A stretch of 64,000 nt of DNA, taken from the human T2T-CHM13v2.0 reference genome, Homo sapiens. A program made the translations under genes and the position numbers. The notes under the pieces were generated by a model. It saw only the letters and a list, made by a program, of their open reading frames with translations. It was not told where the DNA came from and did no database searches. This document shows, in pieces, positions 27,900-42,676 of this stretch. The stretch lies in assembly GCF_009914755.1 (NCBI RefSeq), contig NC_060926.1; one strand, written 5' to 3'. Numbering within the stretch: the stretch's first letter is position 1; every line of letters starts with the position of its first letter.

Positions 27900-29880
27900 T
27901 AATGAAGTCTCCTCTTAGCTCTCTGTCAACTATTCTCAAGGTCAACTTCTCTTCATCTGTCCTTCTTTTAAGTATTGTTGTCCTGTATGGCTGAGTCTTC
28001 CCCAACTTTCTTTCCTAACTATGAATGTGACCCATGAGTGATCTGATTCTTCATCTTTTCAATGTTATCTGTGTGCTAAGTGTACCATGACATGCCAGGA
28101 GCTCTCTCCTTCAGAGTCTTACCTGGATCTATGGCTGTCACTGACTCATCACCTTAACCACAACCACCACTACCATCAGCATCACGCTGTACCTAATTGT
28201 GTAGCTCTTTTTATGTTCCAGGCTCCGTCTCAGTGCTTTACATCATTATTTCATACATGCCCGATAGTGCTAGAGCTAAGACTGAAACCCATGTCTTCCT
28301 TGACCCCAAAGTCCAGCTCCTTAAAGAGTGTGTTTTTTAGATTTTCCCCCTGGGATGTCCAAAACTTCATTCCACATTGTATCCAACCCACCCTTACAAT
28401 ATCTCCAATTCAATAGAATCACCATTATCCAGCCAATAACCAGAAAACTGAAAGTCATTCACCTTCGTCACTCAGCAGGCTCTGCAGACTCAGACTTTTT
28501 AATTCCTCTCAAGTTTTCCAGTTTCCCTCCTTTCCTTATTTATTTATTTATTTTTTATTATTATTATTATTATTATACTTTAAGTTTTAGGGTACATGTG
28601 CACAATGTGCAGGTTAGTTACATATGTATACATGTGCCATGCTGGTGTGCTGCACCCACTAACTTGTCATCTAGCATTAGGTATATCTCCAGTGCTATCC
28701 TTCCCCCCTCCCCCCACCCCACAACAGTCCCCAGAGTGTGATGTTCCCCTTCTTGTGTCCATGTGATCTCATTGTTCAATTCCCACCTATGAGTGAGAAT
28801 ATGCGGTGTTTGGTTTTTGGTTCTTGCGATAGTTTACTGAGAACGATGATTTCCAATTTCATCCATGTCCCTACAAAGGACATGAAATCATCATTTTTTA
28901 TGGCTGCATAGTATTCCATGGTGTATATGTGCCACATTTCCTTAATCCAGTCTATCATTGTTGGACATTTGGGTTGGTTCCAAGTCTTTGCTATTGTGAA
29001 TAATGCCGCAATAAACATACATGTGCATGTGTCTTTATAGCAGCATGATTTATAGTCCTTTGGGTATATACCCAGTAATGGGATGGCTGGGTCAAATGGT
29101 ATTTCTAGTTCTAGATCCCTGAGGAATCGCCCCACTCACTTCCACAATGGTTGAACTAGTTTACAGTCCCACCAACAGTGTAAAAGTGCTCCTATTTCTC
29201 CACATCCTCTCCAGCACCTGTTGTTTCCTGACTTTTTAATGATCGCCATTCTAACTGGTGTGAGATGGTATCTCATTGTGGTTTTGATTTGCATTTCTCT
29301 GATGGCCAGTGATGGTGAGCATTTTTTCATGTGTTTTTTGGCTGCATAAATGTCTTCTTTTGAGAAGTGTCTGTTCATGTCCTTTGCCCACTTTTTGATG
29401 GGGTTGTTTGTTTTTCTCTTGTAATATATATATATTGCCTCAGCAGAGGTCTTCACTAAGGCTCCGAATCACTGCCTTGCTTTTGAGGTTGTCTCTTTCA
29501 AATTGATTGTTGATATTATTTGTTGAGAGGTAGTCCCAACTGAAGACCTAAAATTCAAGTGACTACCCCTGCTTTAAATCCTCCAGAGATCCCTCACAGA
29601 TTGCAGGACAAAGCCCTGACCTTCTGTCTGGCAGAGCCAGCCCTTTTGCCCTGTACTTGTTCCCTGGCCAAGGGCCTGCTGGCAGCTCTCTCCAGGTACC
29701 ACCTCTGCCTTCTCACTCAAGGGCCTTTGCACAATGTAGTTCCACTTCCCTTCTCTGACTCACTGCTAATCACTGGTCACCTTCAACTCAGACATCACTA
29801 AGGCCTTTCTACCACCCGCCCCTTCTTCAGACTGACTTTTAGCATGTTCGATACAGAATTACATCACTACCTGAAAACAA
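27900..29880 (+). mobile_element. L2 fragments (interrupted by a MIR-like piece near 28170-28330 and by the L1 below)
   Basis: L2-like CCCCCTGGGATGTCC, CACCATTATCCAG..AACCAGAAAACTGAAAGTCATT, CCCCTGCTTTAAATCCTCCAG and CTCAAGGGCCTTTGCACA. Confidence 0.6.
28536..29424 (-). mobile_element. L1PA2-like LINE-1, 5'-truncated (~0.9 kb: ORF2 C-terminus and 3' UTR)
   Basis: ORFs 29136-29456 and 28776-29135 translate as the ORF2p C-terminus (...RIFSLIGGN). The 3' UTR reads GCTAGATGACAAGTTAGTGGG (GAG type, not the L1HS ACA) and CACCAGCATGGC. A-rich tail. Confidence 0.93.
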
Positions 29881-31611
29881 CCCAGTGAAAGAAGGCAAAA
29901 CAGATATTATTTTTATTGCCTTTTTATGGGAATGGAAACTGATGTTTAGGATGTTTAAGGACCACACATAGGAAACTGGTTAATATAAGAATTAAATAAA
30001 TGGCCTTGGATTCTATATCCTGTGTTTTTCTAGGCAGTTCCTTTCAACTTAGAATTTAAAGGTGCTATGGACCGTCCCTTTTTCTTTCCTTTAAGATGTT
30101 TTTTCCTATAGAAGGGGTCATGTGTTTCTCACCTGCATCTTTTTAACAACGCAAGTAGAGTGTACAGTTCTTTTTGCACTTGGTGTCTTCCATTCTCCTT
30201 TGTCTCTTTCTATGCAGACAGAGTGTTGCCCTGTTAAGAAGAAAACTTGGCTAGAATCTTCCAAATACTTGCTGAGTGACATTGGGAATGTCACTTCATG
30301 TCTCTGAATTTAGTTCTCAAATTTGCAGTGTGATTGAGCTAGGAGATGCCATCTAAGCTCAGACGTCCTGTCTTGCCCTTGCATTCTATATTGCCAATAA
30401 AAATAAATTAAGCCCTAGAACAAGTATTTTGGCCAATTCATTTTTCACAACATTAGAATGCTGCCTATCTAAAAACCATTTTAAATACTCAGTTTTATAA
30501 GTAACCTAAAACTCCTTGATAACTGAAATAGGGATGCCGTGAATAGGGGACTTGAATAGGATTCATCTTTTAGTTGCTGAACAAATGCAGATATATTGAC
30601 TAGGGCCAGAAGGAAATGTGGTTATTGGACCAATAATTAGGTTCAATTTTTACCTTTGCCTGTGATTAGCAGTGAGTGTGAAGCATGTCATTGTCATGTC
30701 AAGTACAATAGCTCCATTCCTTACTTCACTTTTTCTGTGTCTGAGACAATGGATATCAACACCCTTTGAAAAGTTCTAATGGTAATAAAAGGTATCACTC
30801 CCATTAACCGTTGGCCTTTGATAAGTCACTTTCTATCTCTAGACCACAATTCCCACTTTTTAAAAATGAAAGAATTTAGATAATTTTCTTCTAAAGTTTT
30901 CATAGTATGGAAATAAATAATAATGATGTTGATGATAATAATCACACAAATATTGAGCTCACAATGTGCTAAGAACTGTGCCTGACACTTTAAGCCCATG
31001 GTATCATGAGATGGCCTTTTGACGGGATGATACCCACATGGATTTTCAGTTCTTAAAACACAAAATCTAGAGTAGCTAACGTGGGCAGTGATCTAAATAG
31101 AAAGATGCTTTTAAATCTTTCCCCAGACGAGATTTTTTTATCACCAGGCTCCGTGGTAGAACTTAAAATTATATCCAATGCCTACTTTTTCTAATTTGTA
31201 ATTATGGCCTTATACACCTCCTCTACCCGCACCAACTATTCAACATTCTCTTAACAAGCACATCGATCTATCTCTTTGCTCTCTCGATGCCATTGCCTTT
31301 TCTAATTTTGGAAGTCCTAGATTTCTTCCCCTGGACATTCCTTCCTTACCTTCCAGGACTGAGCCTTATAGGTCACTGTCTTTCTTGAGCTGTCCCTAAA
31401 AAAGTTGCCTTGGCCAGGATGCATCTTGCCTCCTCAGTACTTCCTGTGCATTGGCGGGTTCATGAAATGGAATAGCACTGGGTTGCTAACATTTTGTTTA
31501 AGTTTTCCTTTCCTTCTAAGCCTATGACCTCCCCCAAGACAGAGGCTGTGAGTGTTGTACCTAGGCATCCTGTCAGCTAGGGAGGCCTCAGCACTTGTGG
31601 GTAGTATGTGA

Positions 31612-31661
31612 GAAGTTTATGAAAAGATGACTCAGATGAAGTTTATGAAAAGATGACTCAG
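31612..31661. repeat. Direct duplication with a 26-bp period
   Basis: GAAGTTTATGAAAAGATGACTCAG is identical at 31612-31635 and 31638-31661. Confidence 0.95.
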
Positions 31662-34600
31662 TGAATGTTTTCCACCAGTTTTGCTTTCTCTGTTTTTCTG
31701 GAAAATAGACCGTATAGTTTCACTCTGATGTTCCCCTCTTCCAACTCTGCCTATAGCTGAAATAATGAATATAAATGGCAAACAAGTAAAAGTAAATATA
31801 AGCATTCAAGTTTGGCTTGCTTTTTCCATCCTGAGTACTGCAAACTACTTAAATTTACATTTACAGAAGGCCAAAATCTTAATTTGATTTCTCCCACTAA
31901 AGGTCTTAAAATTCAGTCTGTTTCAACATGTGGAAAGTTTACTATTTGCAGGGCTGTGTGCCGGAAGGTGTGAGGGATGTGGGGAAGAATGTCGCTGTCC
32001 CTGGAATTGAAGAGAGTGGCACAAAAATCTTCACCATTCTAGAATAGGATTAGTGCTACAGGATATTTGGAAGCAAACTGCCATGATAGACCAGAGAGAA
32101 TGGGGACATTTTTAGGTTAGGGGACAGTCTTCCTCACTATTAAACAGTGAAACAATTACAAGAAATAACAATCAGCAAAGGGAACACCAAGAGGGCACAG
32201 CACTCACCAAAACCATGGGGCCAGGCCAGGCCATGCAGGAAACAGCAAGCCCTCATGTTGAACAGAATCCAAGCCAGGTGACTGGAAGGAGAGACTGAGG
32301 ACAACGTGGGTCCAGGTACCAGGAGTTTAGGTTTCAGTATGAGGATGGCTGAGAGCTGAGAAAGACGTTTAAGCTGAGGATGAAGGGCCTGGTCCAGGGT
32401 GGAACCCAGGGTGGCTGTGCTTTGGGTTTCCCCTGGCTCAGCCTACAAGAGCTTAAGAAGGAAGAGTCAGCGGTGGCCCTGGAAGCTCCTGTAATCATTC
32501 AGTCCTACGTGAATATATTGATTACTCCAGAGAGATTATACAGGCAGGTATATTATAAACTTCTCCTCATGGAGAGCACCTGTCCAATGTAGAACGGTAT
32601 TCCTAAGCCGCCGTGTGAAACACAGTTATATTATTAGCAATTGCAAGAATTGGAACTTTGAAGAAAAGGTCTGTGAAATAACAGCATCCAAAATGGCAGC
32701 CAAGTCCTAGCCACACTTGAGTTTCCTGAAACACAGAGCCCGCGACTTAAAAAGACGGTCTACCCAATTTGGCGGGGACCGACCATTTTGCAACTGATTC
32801 TTCCTTCCTGAATTCCTTGTCGGGCCTTACCTCCCATGACAAGGGATCACAATTGCTCTCACCGCACTTTCTGCATGCCCGCTCCCCTGCACACACCCTT
32901 TTTTTTATGCCTTGGTACCCATCAAGAGCTCCCCTTGCTAGTTCCTTTTCTTCTCTCCTCAAGCAAAAATACTGTGTAAAGTGCTATGGTAAAATGCTCC
33001 AGGAACGAATGTAAAGGCCGAGGTGACAGGGGGAGGTTCCTTTCTTCAAGAAGCAATATCGTAGAGGTGGGCTGTCAGGGAGCCTGCAAGATCTGAAGTT
33101 TCAGGGACTGAATGAAAGGAACACTCGGCTAACAAAACAGAGTGCCGCCGAGGACGCTTCATCTGCTAGGGCCAAATCCCTTCTTTCTTTCTATCCTTTC
33201 TTTCCTAATAACAGCTGCCCTCTCATTCCATGTTACTCTGCTGTGAAGAACAAAACCTCCCTCTGACTATCTGTTTTTCTTTTCTTCCCCAGAGTAGGTC
33301 TCATTACTGGTGATTAGCAGATGATTAAAACCAATTCAGCTTCCCCCAGTAGATATTTTCTCCCTGTTTGTGCCTAACGCGTCAGCCTTCAATGAACGTG
33401 CTCCTAAGCTTATTAACAGGCTCAGAGGATTAGCTGCCGCCAAGCTCGGTGGCTCCCATATTGTGATGCAGGGAGTGACATGGAACCATTTGCTGAGCGC
33501 AGACAGGACCGCTGGGACCAAACTATCTAAATCACAATTTTATTTTCCATGTAGAGCAAGATAAAAGAAAACCTAACAATAATTACAAAAATCAAACGTT
33601 TGGACAAGTCTGAAAATATCCTTATATTCAGTGGCAGAAAACAGGCTAAACCAATCAAGAAGGGCATCAATGTTGTGCGTGTGTGTGAAGGTGTGTGTGT
33701 AGTTCACATGAATGTAGAGTCATGTGGTTTATCTATGCTCCTGTCCATGTACAAAGATAAAAGTTCTCGTTTAGCCTCTGCATTCACTCTGGTGCCTAAA
33801 CAGCCTGTGTTTGTACAGTCACATATGGATAGATTTTTCTTTTAACAGAGACTGAAGAATCGTGAACATAGAGTATAACAGGCTATGAATTTTGGTAATA
33901 TTTTAAAGAGCATCTAATCCTCCAAAATTGTGAAACTTGAGTTGGATATTGGCAGATACAGACAAAGGAATTCCAAGTAACTGGTTTCACTTCTGTTTCA
34001 AAACCAGAAATATACCATACGGTTTTTAAAGTTTAGGAGGACTGTCTCCCTATCTGAAAGTGTTTTATTTCTTGGATAACTAACTAAACAATAATGATAA
34101 TAATAGTCACAAAAGAATAGTGATATATTTATTAGCTGGGACCATAATTAGTAGGTTAGAAAGCAAAAAGGAACATTGCTTCAGTTCTAAAAGGAGAAAA
34201 ACCTCATGGTCTGACTCTGGTAGATGCACTTAAAAGGTTGTATTCTGGGGGGACGGGACTGCTTTATTGTTACAAATGATCTCTTATTCTAAATCTTTCA
34301 GTTTTTCTCATTTAGTTTTTTCTACCTTTTCAATGCAGCTTAACTCTGAGCATGCTGGAGCTTGAAATCTAGTTTCCGATTCATAATAGCAACAGGGTTT
34401 GCAGAAAATGTCAACAAATCCCTCATCATCAGGAAATGTAAGAAATGTGAAAGGTAAGTCATGTCAGTCTCCCCTGGTTGCGTGACGGAATAAGACTGTG
34501 GATGAAGAGAAGGAAGGAAAAATCCAAGCAAAACAGATACTACAACCAGGCTCTGAAACCCAGCAGTGCTAGTAAAACAAAGGAAAACCCGAGGAAACAA

Positions 34601-35614
34601 TAGGGAAGTAACGAGGAATTAGAGGAAGATATTGTCAATCACTCAAAATGGCACAATCACATTTTATTTAATTCCAATCATTTAATATCTAAGAGAAAAT
34701 GACAGACAAGGAGTTCTTATTGGTTCAATTTTACCAGCATTAAAAAATTTCCAGGAATACCCCTGACCTTGGATGGCCCCAATAAGTAGGTAATTGCTAA
34801 AGGATCAATTCTCTCCTCATTAAACAATAGGCCCCAAACAAATGCAATATGTGCAATCAAATGACAGTGAAGCACAGCTGAAGGTAACAGAATACAAAGA
34901 AAGCTTAAGAATGATATTCACAAAAGTGCTGTGATAAATACCAGGAAAACATTTATAATCAAGGACCCATAACAATGTAACTGGGATGTGCAGGAGAAAG
35001 TGATGGTTTAATAAGCTTCAAAATCATTTCACGACATGCCTATGAGGCATAACATACAGGAAGAAAGCATTGCAGATGATTACACAAAGATAAATATTGT
35101 TTCATGAAATATTTTTGCTTAGAAGTATTTCACTGGGACTTGAGAGAGTTTCAACATCAGTATAGAGGCAAGTTCATAAGCAGGGCAGTACCAGCCTCAA
35201 TAGATGAATAAAAGAAACTATGCCATGGGAAGGGGAAGATATTTCTGTTGCCTCCTCAGCCAGCTCTGCATAGCACAAGGCCAGTGCAACATTTTGAACT
35301 GACATCCTCTCACCTACTGAATTAAGCATCACAAAAATAGAATCACTTGCTTTTTTTCCTGCAATTCCTAAAAAACAACTCCACAGAAATGGTGGATCAA
35401 AGTGCAATGACTATCATGCTGCTTAAGGAATCCTAGAATTATTTCTGACTTCTTAATAGAGAGGGTCATTTTTTCCTTCACTTTTTTTCCTTCACAATTT
35501 GCCCTGTTTTCTTGTTTTCAGTGTTATAAGATAGAATTGCACAATCCTTATGTTAGCACCTGTCAGGAGAAAATGCTGCCTTCACACTCCCGCTCTCATT
35601 ATCACCAGGGTAAA

Positions 35615-35860
35615 AGGCGGTTAACAACTATAGACTTAGGTTTGGACCAGCTCCGAAAATTACTAATGTTATAACCTTGATGAATTTACTTCGCCTCTTT
35701 GAATTTCAGTTATGTCATCTGGAGTATATGGGAAACAATACTTCTTTCTTAGAATTAGCAGGATTAATAACATAACGAGGGTTAGTCAATGTTCATGAAG
35801 GACTCAACGTAGCACTTGGCATAGAGTTAGCTCACAGTGAATGTCACTCATATTATTAGT
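35615..35860 (+). mobile_element. MIR SINE
   Basis: AACCTTGATGAATTTACTTCGCCTCTTTGAATTTCAGTTATGTCATCTG...GCACTTGGCATAGAGTTAGCTCACAGTGAATGT. Confidence 0.65.
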
Positions 35861-37749
35861 AGTGTCATCAAGAGAGACACATTTTATCTAATACTTTCTG
35901 ATGTAGATGAGACAGCACTAAAGGAATTATTTGAATGAATGAAAATACTTATATGAAGTTTGAGAGAGAGGAGCTGTCTCTGAGAAACCTGACTCTTGCA
36001 GGAGTAGAAACCTGGAAGTGGATCAAGCAGAAAGATACAAGTATAAGGGACAAGGTGCTCATTAAAAGATCAATAGCAATAAATGGGTGTTAGAGATAAT
36101 AAATACAATCAGAGAGGGGAGGGGGTTGCTAAAAGCTAGGAAACATGGTACTAGAACTGGGGCTTGAAGAGAGAGGTGAAGAAAGCAGAAAAGGAGCCTT
36201 CCCAGGAGGGTCATCCAGGCATTCTCTTTCCCTTTATGTACAGGATTCTGTCCAGCCAGCAACCCCCTGGATACTTCCAGAGCAGGGGGCTTGTATGCTA
36301 TTATGTGTGAATGAATATTCCACTGGTGGGTGGGTTATTACTATTATTATTAATGATAATTCTACTTTAAACCACAGCCAATTTAACCCAACCATTTGGA
36401 AGAGCTACATCGCTCTATTATCCAATTGATAATTTCAGGGTTTTATTCACAGGCACAATCATGAGAAAAACAAGGAGAAGACAGTCTGTTGGTTGTGTAC
36501 ATATGCATCAACTTTGCTTTTTGAGAACATAATTGGGGACGGGAGTCACAAAGAAAAGATCATTAAGAGTTACAAAGAAAAAAAGGAAAAAAGAATTAAA
36601 AAAAAAAAAAAAAGAACCCACACACATTGCCTTCTTGTGCCATGTGCCAAGCCCTGGGAGGCCTGTTCTACTTCATTTGAGCTGGAGGCAGCACCCGGCC
36701 AAGTAGGGTGGTAAGGGAACAGGGCAGGGTGCCTCAGAGGCTTGCAGGGCAAGGAAATAACAGGCACATAAGGGCAAAGGAAAGTGCTGTGTTGGGAGAG
36801 AGCTGCAAGGGAATTTTCTTCCATTTAAACATTAGGCAAAAACAGCAAACATAGCTCCTGGCCGAGGCTGCCCCCTCCCCACTCCCATCCATGCAATAAA
36901 CAAAATGTCCTCAGCTAGCTGGGATCTCTTCTCTAATAATCTACAGATCAGTAACTAAGGCCCTTAGTGATGTGTGGGTTAGCAACCCAGTCAATTCCTT
37001 CCTGCAGTCTAAAAGCAGAGGGGAAGCCGGGAGGAGGGTGCACATTGGGTGGACCTGGTGAGCCCCCTACTGCTAATCCCAGAAACAATCAAACGGTGAG
37101 GGGATGGAGGGTGTTAACATGTTGGCAAAGGCAAACGCATGCCCGTTCCACATTGCTGGAGAGAAATCGAGGATCAATTCAGCAAAATAGTTTCATGGAG
37201 AAGCAAACAGCTTGTTGGTTTTAGCTAAACGTAAAAAGACAATTAGAAATATTGAAGGTTAAAATCGATCCATCATTTAAAAACTGTAAGTAGATATTCC
37301 TAACAACTTCTGAAGTAAGTTAGGTAGCAATAAAATAACTCACTCTTAGGATGGGCAGATAGCCATTTCTCTCTCTCTCTCTCTCTCTAGCTAGCTATCT
37401 TTTTCATATTTTTTTCTGTAGTACTAGCCATAAGTCTTTGAAGGCACAGTCTATTACCTTTTGTATTTTCTTACAGAAACTACCTCAGTGCAGTGGAATA
37501 AATAGTGTTGAACGAATATATAAGTGAAAACATTCTGGATAAGGCTCTATAAAGAAATGACAAGTTGCAGATACAGGATTAGCACATTTACTTTAAAGTG
37601 ATACAGTAGTGATGTTTCACCCTGCCTTAACTGTTTTCAGCTGCTTTTGATTCTTATTCTGTTGTACCATCGAGAGGTGTGATTGTAAAGTATGAAGGAG
37701 GTCTCCTATCCCATGGATACTGTAGCATTTTAGTGTCAGCTTCTGCTCA

Positions 37750-38345
37750 GAAATAATAACAGCTAATACTCATGTGCCAGGCAGTTTTCCAAGTACTTGA
37801 TGAAGATTAACACATTTAAACCTTATACCAATCCCATAAATTAGGAACTGTTAGGATTTTTCATTTTATACATAGGGAAACCCTGCATGGATAAGTACAG
37901 TGTCTGTCTTGATCAGTTTGGGCTTCTCTAACAAAATGCCTTAAACTAGGTAGCTTATAAACAATAGAAATGTATTTCTTACAGTAGTGGAGGATGGGAA
38001 GTCCTAGATCAAGGCATTGGCAGACTCAACGTCTGACGTAGCCCTGCTTGCTGGTTCATGGATGGTGCCTTCTGACTGCGTTTTCACACTGTGGAAGGGG
38101 CAAGGCAGTTTTCTGGGCTCTCTTTCATAAGGGCACTAATCCCACACAGGAAGGCTCTTCCCTCATGACCTAATCACCTCCTAAAAGCCCCACCTCCTAA
38201 TACCATCACATTGGTGACTAGTTTTTTAACATGAATTTTAGGGGACACACACATTCTGATCATAGCATTGTCTAAGGTCCCAGATGTAGAAATTGAAGGT
38301 GTCAGGAGTCGAACTCAGACATTCTAGCTTTATAAGCTGAGTCCT
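37750..38345 (-). mobile_element. MIR split by MLT1A
   Basis: MIR 3' part at 37750-37904 (ATGTGCCAGGCAG...CATTTTATACATAGGGAAAC) resumes at 38268 (TTGTCTAAGGTCCCAGA...GGAGTCGAACTCAG). Confidence 0.7.
37905..38267 (-). mobile_element. MLT1A/MLT1A0 solo LTR
   Basis: TGTCTTGATCAGTTTGGGCT...TAAGGGCACTAATCCCA...CATGACCTAATCACCTCC...CATAGCA, 363 bp. TSD GTGTC/TTGTC. Confidence 0.88.
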
Positions 38346-41300
38346 GAGGCATTTCTGTCTCTGAGCATGGTTCTTTTCCTCCTATTTTATAAAATTTCTT
38401 GGAAGTTCCTGTTGCTTAGCAGTCTTAAGAAGTAGACCTAATGCGAGCAATAATTTTTCAAATGCTACATTTCAGTAACGGTAGGAAATGACAACCAAAT
38501 ACCTGATACCTGTGTAAATACCTATCTTACACTCTTCATATGGAAAGATTCAGAATAACTAAGAGAATACTCTAAACCTTCTTGATGCAACAAACTAAGT
38601 AATCATTGTATTTTCATATATACTGCAAGCCTGAAGAGACTGTAAAATAAAGGAGGTAGGTTTATTGGATAGTTTTAGCTTTTAGTACTCCTCATTCCAA
38701 TGCAGGGTATGAAAGGATTCATTCAATCTTTATAACCTAGAAAATCCCACCAGGGTTTTTGTAAAGACATAAAATTGTTTGGTAGACCTAAATTATAATT
38801 TTTTTATCCCATCTACTACAAAATATTGAAAGCACATCATATGCTAAAAGCAATGCAATTTATTATATATTAAAATGATACAACAGTGCATCTTGAGGAG
38901 TTCATGGTGTTCAAAAAGAAAGAAGGAAGGGGGGAAAGAAGGAAACATAAAATTTAACTACAAAGTTGCAGAGATGTGATTATTACTTGACATCCAAGAT
39001 GAATTAATTGCTGTACTTTTAAATTAAATGTATCATAAAATATATAACATAAATGTATCATTATAGTTAATATATATTAAACATTTTATATTTATGTATT
39101 GTATAAACCATGTTAAGAAGTACTTGTCATATCTTCAATTCATAGTTTATTAATAGTGCTAAATATAAATGAACACAGTGATTCACATTCCACTTGAGTA
39201 GATCTCTGCTTTTGTGTGACAAATATAACATGAGCAAATCTCTGGAGGCTTCTGAATTGAATTATCACATCATTGATACCTTTTTATTAAAGACATCTTA
39301 GGTTAAGATAAAATACCACTTGATGCTGAAAGGCAAGCTGATCAACTAATTACTTGTCAAGTTTCAAAAAAGATTCCCAGAAAACAAACAAGAGGAACAC
39401 TTTTGAAATTGAAATATAATTATAAAGTAATAAAGATTATGTAGCACTTAGGTCCTTGAGTGTTGACACTGAACAATCAAACATGTGCCTGAGAAATGGT
39501 TTGAATTTTCCCAGGCAAAATGTTTTCTTTCAGCATTCTAGGGCAGTGGCTTTGGGTGGAAATCTAGACTGGCTTTCAGTGTCAGTGGAATCCAAGAATG
39601 TTGAATGTCTCATACTTGAAACACAGCACAGCTGTCAGAGCAGCACTTTGAACATATCTAGCTTGTGACTGATCATTAATTGACTGATATCTCCAAAGCT
39701 GGAATTGGGAAAGCATGCCATTTTCCATGCGTGCAGAACACTGATGTAGAGTTCAATGTATATGGAGGAAATTTTTAAACTTCTTTTAAAATGTAGGGTT
39801 GGTTAAGATGCCGAAATACTTGTAAGATTTTTGCACTTCATTGAAAGGTATAAGGTCAATACCAATGGACTATGATAAGTTATGCATGTACATTGTAATA
39901 CCTAGAGCAACCACTATGAAAAATTATACAATTCAATGTATGCAAAAACACTATAAATGGATCAAGATAGACTCCTATAAATTGTTTTTTTGTTGTTGTT
40001 GTTGTTAACTGGGTAAGTTAAGAAAAAAAAAGCAAGAGAGAAATGGAGAAAAAAGAATCAGAGGAAACACAGAAAACAAATGATAAATTGTCAGAGTTAA
40101 GCCTCAATATATCATTAATGACTTTAAATATAAATGATTTAACTACACTCTTCTAGAGATAATAATAGATTGAACAAAATAAGAAACCTAAATATATACA
40201 GTTTGTAAGAAATTTACCTGAAACTCAATGGTATGGGGATGGTGAAGGTAAAAGTACAGGGAAAAGATGTACCATGTGTACATTAATCCAGAAAATAAAT
40301 AAGGTAGAAATCAGAAGATAGAAAGAATCGAGACAAAGAAGGCATTATATAATGATAAAAGGATAAACCACAAGTAAATATATGTATATTATATATAACA
40401 TATAATATATATAATTTTAATATATGTAATATATAATATGTAATTATATATTATATAATATTGTATACATATAAAGAGAGAGAGACAGAGAGAGGAAAGA
40501 GACTAGTTGCTTGAAAACTACAACCTGCCAGAATCAAACTATAATGAAAAGGTAACTTCAATAGTTTTGTAATCACTGAAGGAATTAAATTAAGAAAAAA
40601 ATAACACCAATACTACACAAATTCTTTCAGGAAATAGGAAAGAAGGGGGCATTTTCAACTCGTTTTTTGAGATTAATTTTGCCCTTATACCAAAATTATA
40701 CAGTACTAAGAGAAAAGAAAAAGAAAGCTACAAACTAATATGTCTTATGAACTTAGATTCAAACTTCTTTAAAAAAATCAGCAAATATAATCTAGCAAGC
40801 TATAGTAAGAATTATAAAATATGTACAAGTGGGATTGATTCTAGGTATACAAGACTGCTTTGACATTTGAAAATCAATGCAATCCATAATATAAATAAGC
40901 AAAAGAATAAAAATCCTACAGTCATATCTATAGAGACAGAAAAAGCATTTGACAAAATCCAACAACTATTCATAATAAAAAATCAAAACAAAATAAAACT
41001 CTCTGTAAACTAGAAATAGAAGAAAGTTCCATAACATGATAAATAGCACCTACAAAAAAACCTGTACCTAACATCACACATAGTGGGGAAAGATTTTGCC
41101 CTAAGGTTGAGAACTATTCAAGGACATATTCTTTCACCACTTTCATTTAACATAATAGAATTTCTAGCAATTGCAATAAGGCAAGAAAAAGAAACAAAAT
41201 GTATTCAGATAAAAAGGATATAAAACTATTCTTATTTAAGTTGACATGATTGTCTACATAGAAAGTCTCAAGGAATCTGAAGAACGAACAAACTAATAAC

Positions 41301-41929
41301 AAACAAACTTTCTTCTACAGTTAATTAGTGAGTTCAGAGAGGTCTCAAAATCCAAGATCAGTACAAAAAATTCAAACATATTTTTGTATACTAACAATGA
41401 ATATGTGGAAAGTAAAATTTAAAATATGGTACCAAGTAGAAATACCACAAAGAAAGTTATAATTAGGAATAAAGTTAAACTACACAATATAGTTTAGTAT
41501 AGAATCTGTCTGATGAAAAATTATAAAATGTTGAGAAAGAAATAAAAGAAACCTAAATAATTGAAAATTGAAGAGGCATACAGTGTTTATTACATGGAAA
41601 ATTCAGGTAGAAAAGGTGTCAGTTCTCCCCACATTGAGCTCTCAATTTAATGCAATTCCTACCAAAATCCCACCAAGGTTTCTGTACACATAGATAAGCT
41701 CATTCAAAAGTTTCTGTGGAAGGGCACAAGCTAAAACAATCTTTAAAAAATAATAATAATAAAATGGGAAGGCTCACTCTACAGATATTAAGGGCTACTC
41801 TATAGCTACAGTAGCCAAAGCTATGTGGTATTATCAGAAGGATAAATAAAAAGATTAATAAGACAGAAAACCCAGAGACAGTCACACATAAATATGGCCA
41901 ACTGACTTTTGACAAATGTGCAAAACCTA

Positions 41930-42628
<699 letters not shown>

Positions 42629-42676
42629 GATTGTCTTTTCAATAAATGGTTTTGAAGACCTGGACATCTGGAGTCC

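Noticed and set aside
31991-32011. RE1/REST-like GTCGCTGTCCCTGGAATTGAA
   Set aside because: One half-site is good, but the TCAGCACC half has three consecutive mismatches.
40375-40500. AT-rich quasi-palindromic stretch plus (GA)n
   Set aside because: Ordinary low-complexity expansion within the old L1M.
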